Assembly (NCBI GenBank): GCA_024626585.2
Contig: JANKJI020000002.1
Span: 183,880,831-183,897,244 of the forward strand
Direction of reading: 5' to 3'
From: Ginkgo biloba
Lineage: Eukaryota; Plantae; Ginkgophyta
Length of the DNA stretch: 16,414 bases
In this document: positions 11,017-16,414 of the stretch, in pieces
Layout of the letters: the number at the start of each line of letters is the position of its first letter
Position numbering within the stretch: the stretch's first letter is position 1
Notes under the pieces: model-generated
Databases searched by the model: none
What the model saw: only the letters and a program-made list of their open reading frames with translations
What the model was told of the DNA's origin: nothing
Program-made: the position numbers and the translations under genes

Positions 11017-11536
11017 TTGATTCCCTCATGATTTGCTACTAGCAACTTTTACAATAAATACAAGTTCAAAGAGTGTTCATCTTCAAAAGAGGTGATGTTA
11101 CAACGAAGGGGTATGCTCCACAATTAACACTGCTTGTTTTCTTAACAAAACTGCTTTTACAGTTGACGAACCCTTGTCTGTGTTCGCAGCAAATGACTTC
11201 GAGGTGTGGCGAACAGTGGTTGCAAAAGTCAGCGAACGACCAACTCGAACAGCGAATGACCGTCTAGTTTACCAGCGAACGGCCCGTGAAGCCGGCAAAT
11301 GGCCGTCTGTTAGGACGATTTATACTCAAAATCAGCGATCGTCTGCAGAGGACAGTGAACGGTTCACTCCTTGCTGTCAACATCGTGTTTTTTGAAGTTA
11401 TCCACTTGACATTGTGTTCAGATTATTTGGAGGGCGTTTGCCTAACAGAAATCTTGCCTCGATTTGAGGCTCTCTGGCCAGTGTTTTCCAGGTTTGCTTC
11501 TTAAAGGCTTGACGGAAGTAGACGAGGATCCTAATA
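11017..11536 (-). repeat. Second LTR-like segment related to 9064-9687 (5' LTR or solo LTR of a related family; truncated by gap)
   Basis: Shared blocks with the first LTR: atgatttgc, tttacaata, gttcaaag, ttacaa.gaaggggt, ttacagttg.cgaac, tgtctgtgtt.gca, aaagtc..cgaacgac. Similar terminus: GAGGATCCTAATA (to 11536) versus GAGGGTTCTAATA (to 9687). Confidence 0.75.
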
Positions 11537-11619
11537 TTTTCTTTTCATCCTAGGCTATTGTGGGACCTAGTAAACTTTGGTTGTGGGAGAAATGATGAGA
11601 GTATTACCTTCTAGGCTCT

Positions 11620-12520
11620 AGCAATGCTTTGGGGGATGATTCAGTTATTAATTTGGATCCAGAGGAAAAATAAAGGACTAAATTATGATGTATGTGTTCA
11701 TGTGGAAGGCAGACTAAGGGACATGAGATTCTGATAACTTTCAAGGGAAGAGGGGCAAGAAGTGTGAATAAAATACACTTTCTGAGTTACTTTCAATAGT
11801 TTTGAAGGTATGTGAATAAATGTGTAATTGAAGCTTCCTTCAAAAACATTGAAGGTAACTCTTTTCCACATATTAGCAAAGTGAAATGGGAATCAAGTTG
11901 GATTTATAGATTAATGCTATTTATGTAATGAAGTTGGTTCTGATTTCCTCAGTTCCTTGTAATCTTGACTTCTTCCTATAAAATGTGGGAGGAAGACAAA
12001 GAGTATGGCTTTTCCCTTTTATGATTTTTCTGCTACCAGGGCGTTGTCCCAAAGGATGTCAAAAATTTTATTCTTTTGCATTCATTGTAATATAAGCAGA
12101 ACTTCAGAGGCTTGAGTATGTGTTAATCGTAAACTATGTGCTGATCAGCCCTTGAATGTATGTTTTATGGTGGATGGTTGGTATATGCGTATATACAATT
12201 CCTTCTTTGTTTATTTCCAATACTTGGCTTCATAAAGTTGGCTAATGGGCATTGGATCCTGTTTGTCTGTTTAAGTGTTTATTTGTTTTGTTTTCAATAC
12301 TTGACTTTTTAAAGTTGGTGAATGTGACATTGCATCCTCCTTCTGGCCATTGTGTGAAGCTTCCTCTTATGTTATTAGGAATCATGGTTTAGACTTAAAG
12401 TCAGATCGTACAAATCGGTGGGTTCAACAACTGGCAGGGAACCCATCTCCCTGCTCCCCCAAGTAAAACCAAAGAACCAAATTGATAATTTTATGATAAT
12501 GGATGCACTGATTTTCTCAT
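11620..12520 (+). repeat. Unidentified ~0.9 kb dispersed repeat, long copy 2
   Basis: Collinear with 5006-5900 along its length, with many substitutions and small indels (same shared blocks as copy 1). Confidence 0.92.
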
Positions 12521-12809
12521 CAGTATAATAGGGTGGTGGTGACATTGGCTGGACTGAGGATGGGTTGGAGTCAGATTGCAGCATTTTGTGTGGAAAATTG
12601 CTAATTTATCTGAAGAAGATTGTGTTGCTTTCTACAGATTGGATCATGGTAGGATTTGAAGAATAATGGTCATGATTGGGATTCTGCAGTTGATCATGCA
12701 CATTTTTGTGCTGATTTTGTACGAGTGGAAGTTGATAGTGTATGCTTTTTGAATCGATTATGCACATTTTGTAGTTGATCATGCATATTTTGAAGTGGGT
12801 TGTTTGCAG

Positions 12810-12930
12810 TGGATATAGTGGCCATACAAGACCAGTAGAAGACTCCTTACAACAGCAATGACATACATTAGCGGGAAGTTCAATGAGTGGTGGGATAGAT
12901 CTATGCAGGATGAGTGGCTCAATCAGTCAA
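12810..12930 (+). pseudogene. Exon-like segment F of unidentified origin
   Basis: TGTTTGCAG acceptor and CAA|GTATAC donor. The frame continuing from segment E reads GYSGHTRPVEDSLQQQ*HTLAGSSMSGGIDLCRMSGSISQ (one TGA at 12859). Confidence 0.35.
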
Positions 12931-13679
12931 GTATACAATAGTAATTTTCATTATACTTGTATCATTATCATGTGCAAATTATAATGCACTATTGTGATCA
13001 TATGACTAATTGCTAGTGGCAAGTCATAGCGTTGTAAAATCAGATTAGTAATGGTCAAAATTAGAAGTGGTTGTCAGTCAGTCACATGTTTCCTACTGCC
13101 CAACTTTAATGTGTTGTTTAAGGAAGATGTAATGGATGCAATCTGTGTGAGAGCCAACATAGGGGATTGGATCTTATGTGAGAGCTGCTATCCAACCTTC
13201 TTATATAATTGGTGAATGGTTGAAGATTCTCGTGACTCGTGTTCTTCTGTGATTGTACTGATTATATCGAAGCAATGATGAGAGAGATTGAATAAAGATA
13301 ATGAGAGGTTGTAGTTGAATGGGCAGTGATTTTTCTTCCCCATTGACATCATAGAGGTTTCTGTGTCAGTTTGGGCAGAGCTCTATCAATAAATTGGTAA
13401 TTTTCTCTACCCTGTTAATCTCTTTGCCTATTTGTTTTTCACTGTCCTCAAGATGAGTTGACCAAATCCAAAATTAAATCGCATTGGTTGAGGGTTCAAA
13501 GTAATGGATAATTTTGGATAGAAATGCCTGCTTTAGTCACAATTCACATTATAGTGGTTAACTACAAAATTGGGTTCATCGCATGCAGTACTCTTTACAT
13601 ATGCTTCTAAAACATAGCATTAAGGACCAAGCTACTGGTGACTGCGTCCATTCAATGAGATATTACATGTGTATGTCAG

Positions 13680-13760
13680 GTCCATGAGTGCAGGTTCTTG
13701 CTGTTGTGGGACTGCTGTGTTCCGTATGATGTAATGCGATTGATACAGGCGAGCTGCAAG
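13680..13760 (+). pseudogene. Exon-like segment G of unidentified origin
   Basis: GC-richer island after TGTCAG; phase-0 open frame VHECRFLLLWDCCVPYDVMRLIQASCK. Only GC-type donors at its end (CAG|GCGAG at 13749 or AAG|GCATAC at 13761). Confidence 0.3.
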
Positions 13761-14444
13761 GCATACACTATTCCTGCATGTCCTTTATCCATCAAATGCA
13801 TATGCTTAATCTGCATTTTTTGGTGAACTTGAAAATGGATGTGGAATAGATAACAGTCTTTGATAGAGGACAATTGCGTTTGGCATCAAATAAATCTTCA
13901 TCATTTTAACTAACCCGGCATCCTTGTTTTGAACCAAACTGGTGCAGTTTGGTGGTTGTCATATTGAGACTCCTATAACTACATACAAATGGACGCCCAT
14001 ATTTTACTCTTTAGGTGTCTGACGTGTTAATGAATGTCTATGGGGCAAGCCATTAGAAGTGCCACTTTCTTTGTTATTTTCGTTCATAGAGCTGCTGAGT
14101 CACTTTGTTTTCGAATGAGACATTTGGGAGTTTGGATTTTTTTTTTTGCAATGGTACATTTATGGGATTTTATTTATTTACTTAAAGACATCTATGTTCA
14201 TTGTCCTTTGTGTGACATGGGGTAGAACAAGGGATTCTAGCTTTGTTGACAAAGAAGGAGAAAGTGTTGGATTGACATAAGTACTATGGCATCAGATTTG
14301 TACTGTTTGTTATCTTTCTGTCACCTTTGGCATTGTTGGCGTTAATGTTTGATAATTTTTTCTTTGTTATTTCCATATACTTGGATGGTTGAATGTATTG
14401 CTACTTACATTTGTTTCTTCTGTTGATTTCTGTGTATGCAACAG

Positions 14445-14552
14445 ATTGTACGCCTCCTGGCAACTCATCCATACTTCATAATTACTCTAGTGACTGCTGA
14501 CAGGAAGGCTGGTCAGTCTCTTGGGTCAGTGTTTCCTCACTTGATCACTCAG
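14445..14552 (+). CDS. argC: Internal exon of plant N-acetyl-gamma-glutamyl-phosphate reductase (arginine biosynthesis); functional status unknown
   Basis: U-rich tract plus CAACAG acceptor, 108 bp phase 0-0, CAG|GTGAGC donor. Translates IVRLLATHPYFIITLVTADRKAGQSLGSVFPHLITQ, closely matching the plant NAGPR segment after GASGYTGAE (recalled as IVRLLANHPHF.ITLMTADRKAGQS..SVFPHL..Q). Too short to appear in the ORF track. Confidence 0.92.
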
Positions 14553-15479
14553 GTGAGCTTTCTTAACTTTATAGGGTTTCTTACTGTTTGTTAAGTGTGA
14601 ATGTTACTTTTTATACTTGCCTCAACATTCCTAAATAAACTACATTTCTTGTTTCTTTAGATAACAAGCTTGGAAAATATACAGTTAAGAGCTTTCCACT
14701 ATTCTTAGTTCTCTTTTGACAAAGCAATCGCTCTCGGTCAATGTAATGTTTGGCAGGTACAAATATTCAATCTGAGATGATTGTGGATCATGAATGGTTG
14801 TTTTGTACTTCAAATGGCGTAATTGTTATTTCATAATACGCACAGGAACGAAACTTTTGGGTAGTTATGTAGCTAATTAAATCTTGTTGATTGTCACAAG
14901 TGCATTATCTTAGCCATAGTAACATTATTTGCCAAAATCAGTAAAATTGGGAGGGCAAAATAAACAGAAAAACAAAAACAGTAAAATTCATTCAATTGGG
15001 ATTCAAAATGAAAAAAAACAACAGTTTTTTGTCTAGAAAATATACTTGTTTTAGAACATGAATCTGATATGTATAACTATAATATGCCAAATGCATTCCC
15101 AAATTTGTGTGCACGTGTTACAGGCTCCCATGGGGATAAGAGAGGTATGAGCTTATGCTTAATCCATTTTGGGGAATGGTTACCCATAGGGTAAAGGATT
15201 GTAACCTTGAATGCTCAGTGGGGCAGTTAGCTTGTGCTTGAGAGGGGTCTTGGACCGCCTAATCACTCTTATGCATATAACTTGTTGAAGGCTACCTCTC
15301 ATTGTTGAGAAAGGTTTTAAGGGGGGGAATCCAGTATGAAAAAGGACTGGGTGATAAGTAGGAAACCTAATTTGATAAACTAGACCCCAAGATCAAATTA
15401 TTTTGATGTATGATACCTCTATTAGGAAAAAAACCATTGGTAACTCCTCTAGTGTGATATCCCTATACTTATTTCAATG

Positions 15480-16414
15480 CTTTTCCTGATTTTTATTTAT
15501 CCACTCTCTTTTCCACTAATTCATAGTATGCTCTAGTGACCTACATATTTCTCATGAATTATTTCATATTCAAAATCACCTAAGATGGTTCTCCATATCC
15601 TAATGATAATAGATCAAATTTTCTTCCATCCTTGGTAATGGTGTAAGTGTTTTTTATTTCATTGTGCACTTCTCTTTGATCAAACTTCTATTGTCATCCC
15701 AATAATAGGTGACAAGAATCCATTAGCACAACATTGCACCAAACTTGATCACTCTAATTTTTAGTATGTAATGCCACTAGGAACCTCTCCTTGATTATGA
15801 TCTCGCCTTTTTTCTTAAACAATAAAATTTGATACAATACATCATGTCTTTGGCATGGAAATACCATCTTTGGAACCATCTCTATAGCCACCACATTTTT
15901 ACACCTTCCTATATCAAATATATCCTTACATACTTTCCATCTGGACCTACATCTAGTCTTAAAATATTTCTTCCCCTACTCCATTTTAGTCGTCTATTTT
16001 AGGTCATCAATTGAGAACCCTATCAGTTGTCCAATCATCCCCTTGGGACCATTCATCCATCCTTTGGTTTGTTCATACAACTTATTTTAGTCATCATCCA
16101 AATACCTTCATTTGTTTGTCAATCTACTCTCTATTATCATTTAGTTGTTTGTTNNNNNNNNNNGAACTAATGTCCCAATTTGTCTATATGCTTCTATCAT
16201 TTATCATCCTACTTTATCGATAACTCAATTTTCCTACTCTAGGTTCCAACAACATCATGTTTATCATTAGTATTTTTACTTCTCTACTACCACATGTTAT
16301 ATCACCTATTTTTCCTATGCCAAATTTTCCTTTGGCTCCTTATATCTCATCCTGTCCTTAGTTCTTACTAGATACTCAAATGTTATATATCCTTCTACAC
16401 CATACCTAAAATAA
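15480..16414 (-). pseudogene. Degenerate Ty3/Gypsy gag-protease region (CRM-like), continues beyond the window
   Basis: The - strand reads, across frameshifts, (NIF)KTRCRSRWKVCKDIFDIGRCKNVVAIEMV (decayed IIDSGSC.N protease motif) and GEIIIKERFLVALHTKN*SDQVWCNVVLMDSCHLLLG*Q*KFDQREVHNEIKNTYTITKDGRKFDL (cf. VWCDVVPMDACHLLLGRPWQFD). Gag-like MGVEGY near the window end. Confidence 0.85.

Noticed and set aside
11073-11504. Three overlapping short ORFs
   Set aside because: They lie in a GC-richer LTR-like segment and have no recognisable motifs.
11820-12120. - strand reading of the 0.9 kb repeat (GKAILFVFLPHFIG..PFHFANMWKRVTF) as a transposase or LINE ORF
   Set aside because: Multiple stops and no recognisable motif; similarity between copies is explained by nucleotide homology alone.
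12685-12795. Three ~20-bp repeats (GATCATGCACATTTTG-like) as a CRISPR-like array
   Set aside because: Degenerate, irregularly spaced and in a eukaryotic context with no cas genes; ordinary local duplication.
8940-12861. In-frame TGA codons as selenocysteine, readthrough or U-to-C editing sites
   Set aside because: Land plants lack the Sec machinery and U-to-C editing is organellar; CGA-to-TGA decay or a wrong frame is simpler.
15115-15470. Possible LTR starting TGTTACA next to the gag/protease remnant
   Set aside because: No second copy, PPT, PBS or TSD in the window to support it.

Overview
This is AT-rich, gapped eukaryotic DNA, almost certainly an intronic or intergenic region of a large seed-plant genome (gymnosperm-like by inference). 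There are no prokaryotic operons, rRNA/tRNA genes or CRISPR arrays. Most of the window is decayed, nested Ty3/Gypsy retrotransposon material. A + strand RNase H/integrase remnant (~735-1573 and 3313-3765) is split inside its integrase by a >=1.7 kb insertion. A - strand chromovirus (integrase plus chromodomain, PPT, two divergent LTR-like segments) spans ~9064-11536, and a - strand gag/protease remnant lies at the right end. An unidentified ~0.9 kb repeat occurs three times in direct orientation. The only host gene sequence I recognise is a single 108-bp exon (14445-14552) of plant N-acetyl-gamma-glutamyl-phosphate reductase (argC). Upstream are five or six more + strand, splice-site-bounded exon-like segments that are not argC and that I cannot assign. 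They are interleaved with the 0.9 kb repeat and are the most interesting signal here: a possible decayed gene or a gene-fragment-capturing element. I see no evidence strong enough to claim a new biological system. All translations and alignments were done by eye.
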